Below are positions 53,401 to 64,000 of a stretch of DNA of 64,000 nt, piece after piece. The stretch is taken from positions 558,001 to 622,000 of the forward strand of contig CM061252.1 in the NCBI GenBank assembly GCA_022605425.2, read 5' to 3'. The stretch's first letter is position 1, and each line of letters starts with the position of its first letter. Source of the DNA: Hamiltosporidium tvaerminnensis FI-OER-3-3. Its lineage: Eukaryota; Fungi; Microsporidia. Below the pieces are notes generated by a model. That model did no database searches and was not told the DNA's origin. It saw only the letters and a list, made by a program, of their open reading frames with translations. Made by a program: the position numbers and the translations under genes.

Positions 53401-53621
53401 AGTGTATTTGGGTTTTTAGATCTATTTTTCCAAACTTTTTAATGTATCATTTTGTATATATTTTAATATACTTATACAAAATTTCTCAGTTAAGTATAAT
53501 TTATAGAAGTATATATAGAAAAGCAAGTAAATTTATAAAGAATTTTCTAGCGAGAAAAGCACAGAATAAATCAAAAAATATTGCGTATAATAAAATATAT
53601 AATAAAGAGATAAAATAACAG

Positions 53622-55265
53622 CTATGCTTTAATTATTTCAACATCAATGGCCGGTACGTTGGTAATTTTAAAACAATTAGTGATGCTTTTTATTTTATAT
53701 AAAATACATCTTAAAAAAAATTCACGGCATTTTTCGATTTCTTGATCACTCACTAAAAACATTTCTTGATTTTTCTTTAGTTCTTTGATAAATGAATAAT
53801 ATATTTCCTTGAAAGATTCTAGCGAAATTTCAAAAACAGAAATATATAATTTGGAGTTAAAGTTGTTTCTATTTACATATACCTTGTATATTTCATGCAA
53901 GAAATCTGTCCAAATACTTTTATTAAAAGAAGAATGATCGATAAGTTCTTTGGTTTGATCAGATATGCATACATGCTCTTTACTAGCGATTTCACTAAGG
54001 CTTTTTGGCACTGAAGAACCAATCAACCGATCGGCGTAGTTCAATAAAAACTCAGGGAAGAAAAAACTTAAATCGATATAAGAAAATTGAAATATTCGTA
54101 GGTTTGCATTAATTCCACCATATTCTATAAAATCACTTATAGTTTTATTGCAAAAACCATATCCGAAATAAATAGCACTTTCCGAAAACATAAAGGCTGG
54201 TCGAAATATTTTAAGTTCATCTGTAAGAATTCCAGTAAAAAGGAACCTCGGGTTTGACTTTCCTAGTTTTAAATTGAGGCTGATTTCGGCGGTTCTTGTA
54301 CAAAAAACTAAACAATCTTTGATGTATTGAGATGCTAGATCCTCGGACGAAAAAGGAACAAAAATATTATTAATGTCCGCATCGTATTCGATTCGTACTC
54401 GCTGGCTTTTTAATCTTCTATATATCAAATTTTTTTCTTTTTCAATAGCGATACAATCCTCATTTGTTTTTCTAAAAAAATTAAGGTATATGTCTTTCTT
54501 AGATTTTACATATAAAAACTGAAAAAATTTAGATATCAAAATTACGCCACAGTCATATAAAAAAAACCGAGACTTAATAGCATCAAGTAAATCCGAAATA
54601 TTTGCTTCTTTTGTACTATCACCACATGCTTGAATCAGCTCTTCTTCATATTTTTTTTTAAATTCAGAAGTTAACTTATTATTCTCTTGATCTAAAACCA
54701 GAAATGCATTCGCAAATAGATCTGCATTGCTTTTATTTTCTTCCAAAACTCGTAAAAATTTATTGTGCAAAAACGATTTTAACTGTTCAATTACTAGCGA
54801 GCCAAACCTAGATAATACAGTATTTACATAAACTTCCCTTTTTATGTTTTCTTTCATTAAATTCTCTTTGACTTGTTTTTGGATTTCCTCAATGATTTGA
54901 TCCGTAATGAGAAAGTCAATCGTATCAAAAATAGACTCTTTGATACATCTAAATCCAGGTTCGAAAATGTAATAGAAATCAAAAAAATCTTCCATTGAAT
55001 TCGTAGTTATAAAACAGAATCTTTTATCTGGCAATCTCGTAGAAGGATTTATAGAGTCGCGCAAACAATCTTGCATCCACGCTTTACGAACAGATTCATT
55101 CAGATCTTCTTGCCAATCTTTCCTGAGTTCTGCGCCTTTCTTCATCGCTCCGTATATCATCCCACAAATCATATACTGTGAACAAAAGCCATTATTCATA
55201 TCCGAAATGCATTTTGTGAGCAGCCCAATCAACTTTATAGTTCCTACAAAAAAGCTTTCCTTCAT
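53622..55265 (-). CDS. Orphan protein, copy 3 (547 aa)
   Basis: Full-length ORF; private substitutions cluster in aa 185-332. Confidence 0.9.
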   Translation of the reverse strand: MKESFFVGTIKLIGLLTKCISDMNNGFCSQYMICGMIYGAMKKGAELRKDWQEDLNESVRKAWMQDCLRDSINPSTRLPDKRFCFITTNSMEDFFDFYYIFEPGFRCIKESIFDTIDFLITDQIIEEIQKQVKENLMKENIKREVYVNTVLSRFGSLVIEQLKSFLHNKFLRVLEENKSNADLFANAFLVLDQENNKLTSEFKKKYEEELIQACGDSTKEANISDLLDAIKSRFFLYDCGVILISKFFQFLYVKSKKDIYLNFFRKTNEDCIAIEKEKNLIYRRLKSQRVRIEYDADINNIFVPFSSEDLASQYIKDCLVFCTRTAEISLNLKLGKSNPRFLFTGILTDELKIFRPAFMFSESAIYFGYGFCNKTISDFIEYGGINANLRIFQFSYIDLSFFFPEFLLNYADRLIGSSVPKSLSEIASKEHVCISDQTKELIDHSSFNKSIWTDFLHEIYKVYVNRNNFNSKLYISVFEISLESFKEIYYSFIKELKKNQEMFLVSDQEIEKCREFFLRCILYKIKSITNCFKITNVPAIDVEIIKA

Positions 55266-56570
55266 TATGAATATTTTTCGAAATAATATTTATATATTTT
55301 CTAATCAATTTAATATCTTTTTATCTGTGTCAATTTACTTCAATTGAATATTTTTATCATTCTAGTATACATGATATAAATATATTATCGTTTATGATTT
55401 TTAATTTAAACCAACTTAAAATGGTTTCGCTTTAATATTAATTTACTGTTTAATTAATTTAATTTGATTATTTAATTTAAAATGGTCAATTGGCTATGGA
55501 ATATTCTATTATATACAAATCAAAACGAATTTTTCCCAATATTTAATGGTTTCAAAATTTGGAATTTCAAATCCACGGAGCACCAATTCCATGATAGCAG
55601 TAACTCAAATTCAATGCATTCTATTATCTCGAATTTCTGTCCTTATAATATTAATAAAATACGGAATATTAGCTAAAACGAAACAAGAAAAAGAGAAATA
55701 TATTCTTATTTGTACGATTGAAAATTTTAAACTTTATAATGATGCGAGCAACTATTGGAGAAACTTATTGAAGAAAATAAAATTTACATTCTGAGAATCA
55801 CATCTTCTCTTTTATAAATCGTAATTTTCATATATTCTATGTAAAAAACGAAGTAAAGAGACTAAGAATATATATATCTTATTATTCTGATATATTATCA
55901 AGAATCTATCGTGTATTACTTATTTTCTTTAATCTTTAAATACAAAATTTACCAAGTTTTTTAAACACAGTACAGTAACTCATGTTCATAAAAATATTAT
56001 TTAATAATGTTTTTTATCCGATTTTCCTTTTTATGTGATACTATAAAATCTACATGCTATCTATATGAATGACCCATTAAAATGAATCCAATCCTCTTCC
56101 ATAATACCTTGGTTTTGCCAAATGATAATCTCATAAAGATAAATAGAATGATCAAAAAATATAAAGCAAGTCTCTGTAAATTTTTACTTTTTTTAAATTC
56201 TTAATTCATCATGGTTTAATTTTCTAAAAAAACTTAAAGTTATCCTTTGTACCAAATGTATTAATAATAAATTGTAAAAACGTTCAAGTTGAAATGAAAA
56301 ATTCAAGATTATAACTGAGTATTTTTTTAATACCATTGAAATGTTTTACATCTGCTAAAACAAAGTAGTGTATTTTCAACATTACCATGAAATAAACCAA
56401 ACTATTTTAAATACAAAAAGAAAAATAAAGAATTTAAAAGAACTCAAAAATATATTCAATATTTTAGCTACAAATCATCAATGTATATTGGAAATAAATA
56501 AAATATTTATAAGATCACGAAAAAAAAATACGAATAAAACAAGGCGAATAGCGTGTTCGTGAAAATATAT

Positions 56571-56807
56571 TCGTTCGTTCATCTTTGAGACTACAGCTCT
56601 GCATATTCCTTGGTATTCCTCGTTAATTCCGCCACTGGTCTCTTTTTAGTGGTGTTCGTTCGTTTTTTTGGGTTTCATAACAAGGTTAATTTAAAGATGG
56701 GGTGTTAGCTCTACGCCCCCCTGAAGAACCAATCCTTTTTAGTCGCCTGTTAAAACAAGCAGAGAATACTCCAAGCCAATTCTGCTCCTGGAATAGTGGA
56801 GAATAGG
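56571..56807 (-). mobile_element. RTE-like non-autonomous retroposon, copy 3
   Basis: TSD GAAAATATAT at 56561-56570 and 56808-56817. Confidence 0.75.
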
Positions 56808-57230
56808 GAAAATATATACTTCTATAAATTGCACTCATATAAGAAGACCAAAAAATAACCAGAAAATATTAAAAAAAGACTTTTATTTATTTATTGATGT
56901 GGCTAAAGTGATCGAAATAATACTTTACCTCAAAATATAGAAGAACGGCTAATATTAAGGTAAATTTATGTGGAAGCAAAAACAATTACGCAGCAGGTTA
57001 AAAACAGCGGTATAATCGGAATAAATAAAATAGAAATAGTCTATTGATTATACATTCTTTCATTCTTGCTATCTAAAGATTGTATCCGTTTCTAATATCA
57101 AAGTTTTTTTAAATTCAAATCTATATATGAATTTAAAGCAGTAAAAGCATGTCTATAGAAATAATAAAATATTTTATATACAATTAATTAGAGTATTAAT
57201 AATAAAAAATAATATTTTTAGTAATGATTT

Positions 57231-57497
57231 TTATTCTGATTTATTTATTGCTTTTATGACTTCGTTTTCGAGAAAAACATTTCTTGTGCTGTATAACCCA
57301 TTAAGGAAATGATTAATATCGTTATTTAATGATTTCTCTTCCTCGTAATCAACATTAGATTCGGGTATAGATCTACCGAATCTTATATTGCTATTGGTTT
57401 TTATTTCGGGTACTTTAATTATAGTTTCTGATAAACAATCATCCGATAAGGTAGAGTTTCTACATATAATAAATAGATTTAATTTTGAAAGTTTCAT
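57231..57497 (-). CDS. Small hypothetical protein (88 aa), copy 3
   Basis: Identical protein to the other two copies. Confidence 0.5.
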   Translation of the reverse strand: MKLSKLNLFIICRNSTLSDDCLSETIIKVPEIKTNSNIRFGRSIPESNVDYEEEKSLNNDINHFLNGLYSTRNVFLENEVIKAINKSE

Positions 57498-58806
57498 GTT
57501 TATCTTTTGATTTTCGGACGTATTTATACTTTTAAAATCCTAATTTTAATTTATTTACAATAATTACATTTAATTTAAATAAAATATTTTTTATAAAAAA
57601 ATTTAAGTATAACATTTTGTATGTAAATCAAATTATTTAGGAAATTTAGATAGAAATTTAATTCAACTTTCTTTTTGTTCTGTTAATTCTTCAAACTCCG
57701 TAGAATGAATTAAAAATGTTATAAATAAATTTATGCTATCATTAGCAAGAAGTCAGAAACATCATCACATGAAATTTAGATTAAATATCGAAATTTAGTG
57801 ATATTTTTATGATTTTATTAAAGTATAAATATTCATCTTTTATCTAAAGTAAATTTTCATTTAAAAAAGATATCTTAGAGGTATTAATGTATTTCAAAGC
57901 TGTATTCCTCGTCTGTCTTTGCCTATGATAACATTTGTGGATTATATTGCAGTTTATCTACTAGCTGGCATTTTAGAACTGAATTTTGCAATTTTTTATA
58001 CCTTTTTTTACAGTATTTTAAATCTATAAGTTAACTTCGCTGTCTTATTTATGAAGTTTACTTTATATTCAAAAGTTTTTTTTTGCAATTCCTTCCAATA
58101 CGTTTTTAAATACAACCTATATCCGAATGATTTTGTTTTTTTTAAAATGCACGGTATTTTTTATCTTGTTTGAAAAATTAAAATAAAATTCTGCAATAAA
58201 CTTGCCAGTGTGTAACATAGTATAATTTAAGCAGTTCTATCAGGATTTTTTTATAAATTCTTTATACTACTCTCGTATAGTTGAAACCGAGCTATATATT
58301 TTAAATTATATAATGTGTGAAGAATAATATCGCAGCAGTATTCAATTTATTTTTATTTCAGTTTTATTTAAATTCATTTCCAATTATGTTTTAGAAAACA
58401 CAGAAGAAACCAAAACCTATATCATTCAGCCATATTCATAGCAATCATATCCACAATATGATTAAACTCATAATAAAATCAAAATTCTTTATATGATATA
58501 AATTATGCGATATGAAAAAATGCGGAAAAAAATTTAATTCGATGATTTATGATGTAACTTGAATCGAATAATTTCATGATGATTTGATAAATTTTAAACG
58601 TATGTTTCGAAATTCTTAAATTATATTCGACACCCTTCCCAATCGAATAAATATGTTTATTAAATAGACATAACAAAAAACGAGTTAAATTATATTTTTT
58701 TTTAAATTGGCTATAAAATGGAACACGTTTCCATCATAAAATATTACAAGTTCGTTTTATAACCTCAAATAAAAACAAATTTTAATTTGAAAACTAATAA
58801 GTTTCT

Positions 58807-59495
58807 AAAACAGTGGCAAGTGCTATATTTTTTTCATTGAATTAAAGCAGTTCAGGGTTAACATAAATAACTGCTGCCCCAACGCATAATAAGTACCCCC
58901 TGCGATACCTAAGTCCCAAAGCTTTTTATCTACCAGGAATGTAGAACCTAAATAATAGACGAGCCAGTTACCCGGTGTTCCTTAATTTCCGTTACAGGGA
59001 GTGTTATCGCAGGTAGAAACCATCCCGTGGCGCCCCGAGACAAAGCAGCATTTCCACATATTCTACACTTTCTGAACTAATGCACTCTTAGCCAAGATTT
59101 ATCTGGGCGACTTGTAAGGTTCATCTAGACAATGCAATGCCATACTAACAGCTGTAACCTGCAACTTAGCTCTCCCGGCTTTAAATGGTTTTTTATATCT
59201 CTCATGCGCTAAGTCTTTTAAACTGAGTGAAAAAAATGGATTTCTTTGCTTTTACAAGGAGATTACCTACAGGTTAGATGCATTCTCCGATCAAGTTACA
59301 TAAAACACTACAAAATAGGTATATAGAAAAAGTTTCGCCATTCTGTAGGCCAATTCTTCTCATATGAAATCTCTTCTAATAACTGAAATATTAGTGAGTT
59401 TCACTTTCAAAAAATCCAGACAACGATCTTCACACCAATTTCACATACTCACTACCAAGCAGAAGTTTTTAGTGTGGTTATTCACCCACCCTCCA
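58807..59495 (-). mobile_element. ~700-bp dispersed repeat, locus C (unit copy 3; strongly diverged allele)
   Basis: Same position and ends as in copies 1 and 2, but the interior (~59040-59450) is heavily substituted. Confidence 0.85.
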
Positions 59496-62400
59496 TCCTT
59501 AAAATATGATAAATACTAATTTCGGCAAACTAATAATGTTTTTTTATAGATTAATAATTGAAAAATTCTCATGAGATAACTCGGTATGGTATTATAACCA
59601 AATAAGACGAATTTAACCTTAAAATCTTTTCTATATTAGAACGGTAATATGCAACTGCAATCATACTAAAACACAGTTGAATCTGGTATTTTTAATTTAG
59701 AAAAGTTAATAGAACAAATTAAATAACTATGAAAGTTAGAAAAAAATAAACATAGATTTAAACATCAGATAGGACAGTATGCATAGCCTTGTTCCTCAGT
59801 ACAATATAATTATTTAAAACGAAAAAATTAAATAAAAAACAAAATATGGAAGTCGAATTTCGAATAAATGGCTTAACAACTTTCCCGACTGACATTGTAA
59901 AAAATATGTCAAGTTGAAAAAATTTTAGAACGAAATCGAAGAGTTTAGTATGAAAGACCTAAAAATATTTTATAGTATAATTTATGAAAAAAAATACTCA
60001 GAAACTCGCTTCTTTGTACATCGAATTTTGCTAGATGTACTCATCGCGGATTTTTTTTAGAATGGCCCTCGTTTTGCTATCAATTCTACACATGGTATCA
60101 TTTTTTTGGTTTTTCAACACACGTTAAATGCATCAAAGAGTACGAACCAGTTTTATTTACTTTTTGCGTGTTAATAGTTTTTATCTAAACCTAACAATAG
60201 CCAATGAACAAGCTATTAAATCTATCTTCTAACAATAAAACTAAACATAAAGAAGATATTCATATTGTTTATGAGCAACCAAAAAGTTTAGCTACGATGA
60301 AAGATGGCATAAATATGTAAAGGTTCTTTATTACCCAGCCTGAATGGGTCTGCCGTTTTCTCAATTTATGAGGAAGAAAAGTCAAGGTTAATATCTACTG
60401 CGACCGCAAAAAAGATGTGAGCTAAGTCTATAGGGGTTGTAATATGTCATTAAAAAAACCTTTTTAGCGATGAGTTAATTTTCGTCGAAAAAAATGCATT
60501 CTAAATAAAAAAATCATATACTTACTAAAGCGAAGCCTGAATTAGTCTTTTAATTTCGAATGCGAAATAAAATCTTTTAGCAACTTTTGTAAATTTTACG
60601 CTGAGCAAAATTTTTTTGGAAACGTTTCAGAATATTCATATACTGAACACGGGAGGTTCTTTTCGAATAAGCTGCTTACATCGACGAGCTTGTAACATAT
60701 AAAGACGTTAAGAACAACACTTGCTTGTTTATTTTGTTGAACTAATATTATTCTCTGCAAATGCTGTATTGAACCATGACAATGATGTCCAAAAAAGACA
60801 ATTCTTAGCGCATTTATGTTTAGAAAATTTTGAGACTGTGGCTTCAGTATACTTAACAACTGCGTTTTTTTTAGTATTTTTGAACCTTCAATCCTTTTAT
60901 TGGATAGCTTTTTCGCTACGAAGCCCAAAATTCTAGGGCCTCGAAGAGCAAAAACAAACTTTTGCTAACAAGATTAGATTCCAAAGCAACTCAATCTTTA
61001 ATATTTGATGCCCGCGCTATATGTTTTGTTCAATTTATATTCCAGAAAGAGGCTCGAACTTAAACACTTTGGTCTATTAGCAATTCTAGAAGTTTTGCTA
61101 AAAATCATCATGTATCAGATGGGTTTTGTCTTATTCCATCCGACGCTAATTCGCAGAGTCACTCATATGTATAAAGTATTTTGAGGCGAAGAAGGCATGT
61201 TTTTAGCTAATCTCAAAAAAAACATTTCGTAATTTGTATTTAGAATATAAAAAACATATTATTAAAGTTTTCGGCTTAAAATTCATTATAGTGACCAGTG
61301 GGAATAACATTAAGGCCATTATGAAACATATAAAGACAGAGACGGTAGAAGTAATCAAGAAAATCAGTAACTTTACGTTTTTAACACCAAGGGGGAACAA
61401 TCAGTAGATTTATCCAGTTTGCATAAAAAGTATGTCTTAAATATGAACCGTAAAACCTATATAAAGTTCTAAATATCACGTAAATTTTAAATGATTAAAA
61501 CGTGAAGAAAAGAGGTCATTTAAAATGCTAAGCGAGACTAAAGTGAACCAAGTTTTTCCTGTGATGCTAATAATGACGTAAAATTCACTTTAGAATGTTA
61601 TTCTCGTAATTTAATAATGATATAAGACGGTGTAAGAATTAAGACCTAGAATTGAAATATTTGCTAATTGGAAATAGGAAAGTATTTATGGAAGTTTTTA
61701 CAAACTTTTTTTGGCTGAATAAAGCGACGGCATGTCCAACAACAAATATAAATTTTCCGAACGCTTATGTAATTTTACGCTTAATTTGCACCTTTAAAAT
61801 AAAAGTTTGCTCTACCCGCTGAATGCTTCTATTAAGTCCTATGATGACTTATTTATTTTTCAATTTTTGTTTATTATACTATGTTAAATCTATAATAAAG
61901 TATGCGATTAAACCAAAATAATAAGTAACAAATGAGAACGATCGCGTCCAATATATTTTTTTTGTATCATTAGTTTAAGAGTTAGATTATATAGCTGTTA
62001 GGATAGCCAAAGGATTATTTTAAATGCCTAAGAAATTGTAAAGATGTTTGAAAATATATTTTGAAGGTTTTGAACAAATTTTATTAGCTCTTACTTAAAA
62101 TGGGAAACTATAAATAATTAATTCCGCTTCTTATTTTCGTAAATCCATCTTAGGTTTGAAATTAATTTAATTCGATACAAAAAGTTTTACATCATAAAAA
62201 ATTTGACTATTACGATGGGAGAAAAAAGATTCATATCAGTCTCATTCTATAAGATTTATGATATCGAAAGTTTCTTATACAATTTAATAAAGAGTTTTTT
62301 CATATTAAAATCTCTTTCTATATTCACGAAAAATGATACATTTTATCTTCTAATAAAAAATTAGATTTACATTTTTTTAAAGAAATTAAAAATAGAGGGA

Positions 62401-63959
62401 ATGTATAGCTCTTTTTAAATGTTGTAAACAGTTAGGTGTTTTTGATTACTTTAAATAGATAAAATACATGCAGAATGAAAAGACGTTAGTTTTGCCTAAT
62501 TATACCTTGGTAGAAATATCTATCCCAAAGCCAATCCTAAATACAAAAACTATAAGTATTATCTAAATTTATGTTATCCTTATACCAGGATACGACAATA
62601 TTAATTATATAGAGGAATTGTGCTGAAACCCATTCTACCTCTCTAAGATTTGAAATTTGGCTGGCAAAATGATTGAATAATCATCCTAACAAAAATGTAT
62701 TTTAATGGGAGAAAAAGCAAGAATAAACCTATGATGTTTATAATTTTGGAATTCCAAAAACTTAATTTTTTAAAATAAAGTAAATATTGTAGATTTTTAA
62801 AGTCAGATTCCCTTAATTTTGCGCTTTAATTCCTAGAAAGTAAAATTAGAGCTATGATTTTAGAAACCTAATAAATCCTATTCTTAAATACACAGTTAAA
62901 TTTAGTTATTTTATAGATTCCAAATGAGCTTTCTAGTGTTTAATATTTCTCTGTGTTTCATCTAATCATTTCATGATGTGATTTATACTTTCGCAATAGA
63001 CATTTATGAATATGATAATCAATTATAACTATTAGAATGCTCACATATAAATATAAATTCGATGTTTTAATTTAACCTACCTTTTCGATAAATGTTTTGC
63101 TGAATTTCAAATACGCGATTAAGAAGAATATAAATCGATCAACAATAGAAATTAAAATGTTTTTTAAGGAATACTAGATGTATTCAAAAGACACAAAATA
63201 ACATGGTTTTGTTATAATTTAATTCAACAACACACGCAAGACCTAAAGCATGTTAAATTTGTATGCTAGGGGGACATTATAGGAACTTTACTAAAATCAT
63301 AAAACTGCGCGTATACACAAGAAAGTCATCATTAAGATAACATATAATTATAATAACAATGCGAATATTAGATAAAAAACTAATGACGAATGAACCGTGT
63401 ACTTTAAATGAATAAAAAAGGCATCTCAGTTAAAGCAATGCGCAGGAAACGAATATTATGATTGTCTAAAAATAAACAAAAAAAAGTATATGAATGAATA
63501 TAACAATCAATCTAAACCACTAGAGGGATAAATCTAAAACAATTTTAGTTGAAACTATGATAGTTAATTAATTACAAATTCCATGAGCAAATATGTATTC
63601 ATCGGAAAATTTATCTCTCCAGTAATTTTCATTGGTTTATATATTGAATTTTATCTTTTTGAATAATAGCTCTCTACTTATCTCCCTTTTTTTAAAAAAA
63701 TGTATGAAGTTATTCCTTATAGAATATAATGAGGATTTTGAATAAATTTATTTTTTTGAATTTAATAAAAGTTTTAATTATTCGATATTTCTTTAAAAAT
63801 ATATCCAGCAATCGGTCATTTAAACCTATATTGCTTCAATATTTTCAAAATCTTTTTTGGCATCTTTTTGATATTTTTTTATCAAAAGTGGAAAAATAGT
63901 AAACCTTATTTATTTTTTAGAAGAAAGATTTCCTAAAATGGTAAAAAATTTACCCTTTA

Positions 63960-63979
63960 AGAAATTTCTAGAAAATTTA
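63960..63979 (+). promoter_or_regulatory. Heat-shock element, copy 4 (three-unit allele as in copy 1)
   Basis: aGAAatTTCtaGAAaaTTTa; the distal TTCtaGAA is mutated to TTTtaGAA here. Confidence 0.65.
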
Positions 63980-63990
63980 AAACTATAAAT

Positions 63991-64000
63991 ATGCCAGAGA
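63991..64000 (+). CDS. Start of a fourth HSP20 copy (cut by the window edge)
   Basis: ATGCCAGAGA preceded by the same promoter sequence. Confidence 0.75.

Larger units (their letters stand above)
46106..63861. repeat. Tandem unit copy 3 (~17,756 bp)
   Basis: Junctions at 46106 and 63862; gene content colinear with copies 1 and 2. Confidence 0.92.
10598..64000. repeat. Head-to-tail tandem array of a ~17.75-kb unit (at least 3 full copies; continues past the window)
   Basis: HSP20 ATGs at 10728, 28462, 46234 and 63991 (spacings 17734, 17772, 17757). The major ORFs and the intergenic sequence recur with this period. Similarity to the downstream junctions stops left of ~10598. Confidence 0.98.

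Noticed and set aside
1-64000. CRISPR array, rRNA, tRNA, prokaryotic operon or defence system
   Set aside because: No short regularly spaced repeats, cloverleafs or rRNA-like conserved blocks were seen. Gene density and signals look eukaryotic.
10598-64000. The array as a trivial assembly duplication of one sequence
   Set aside because: Each copy has many private substitutions, including frame-preserving and synonymous ones, which read errors would not produce. Concatenated haplotypes still need to be excluded with long reads.

Overview
Very AT-rich (about a quarter GC by eye), gene-sparse eukaryotic DNA with no introns evident. The protein families and layout suggest a large-genome microsporidian, Hamiltosporidium-like (inference, not verified). 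Bases 1-10.6 kb are single-copy. They hold a frameshifted ~782-codon gene (hydrophobic N-terminus, BTB-like segment, LRR-like region), some decayed ORF fragments and one copy of a ~700-bp dispersed repeat. From ~10,598 to the window end is a head-to-tail tandem array of a ~17.75-kb unit: three complete copies and the first ~140 bp of a fourth. Each unit starts ~130 bp upstream of a small heat-shock protein (HSP20/alpha-crystallin) gene that has a heat-shock element directly in front of its ATG. Each unit also carries a 547-aa orphan protein (truncated to 517 aa in copy 1), an invariant 88-aa ORF, two diverged copies of the ~700-bp repeat, and a ~238-bp RTE-like non-autonomous retroposon with a 10-bp target-site duplication. 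The copies are patchwork mosaics: which pair is most similar switches along the unit, and short hyper-divergent tracts sit inside otherwise near-identical sequence. I saw no rRNA, tRNA or CRISPR features.
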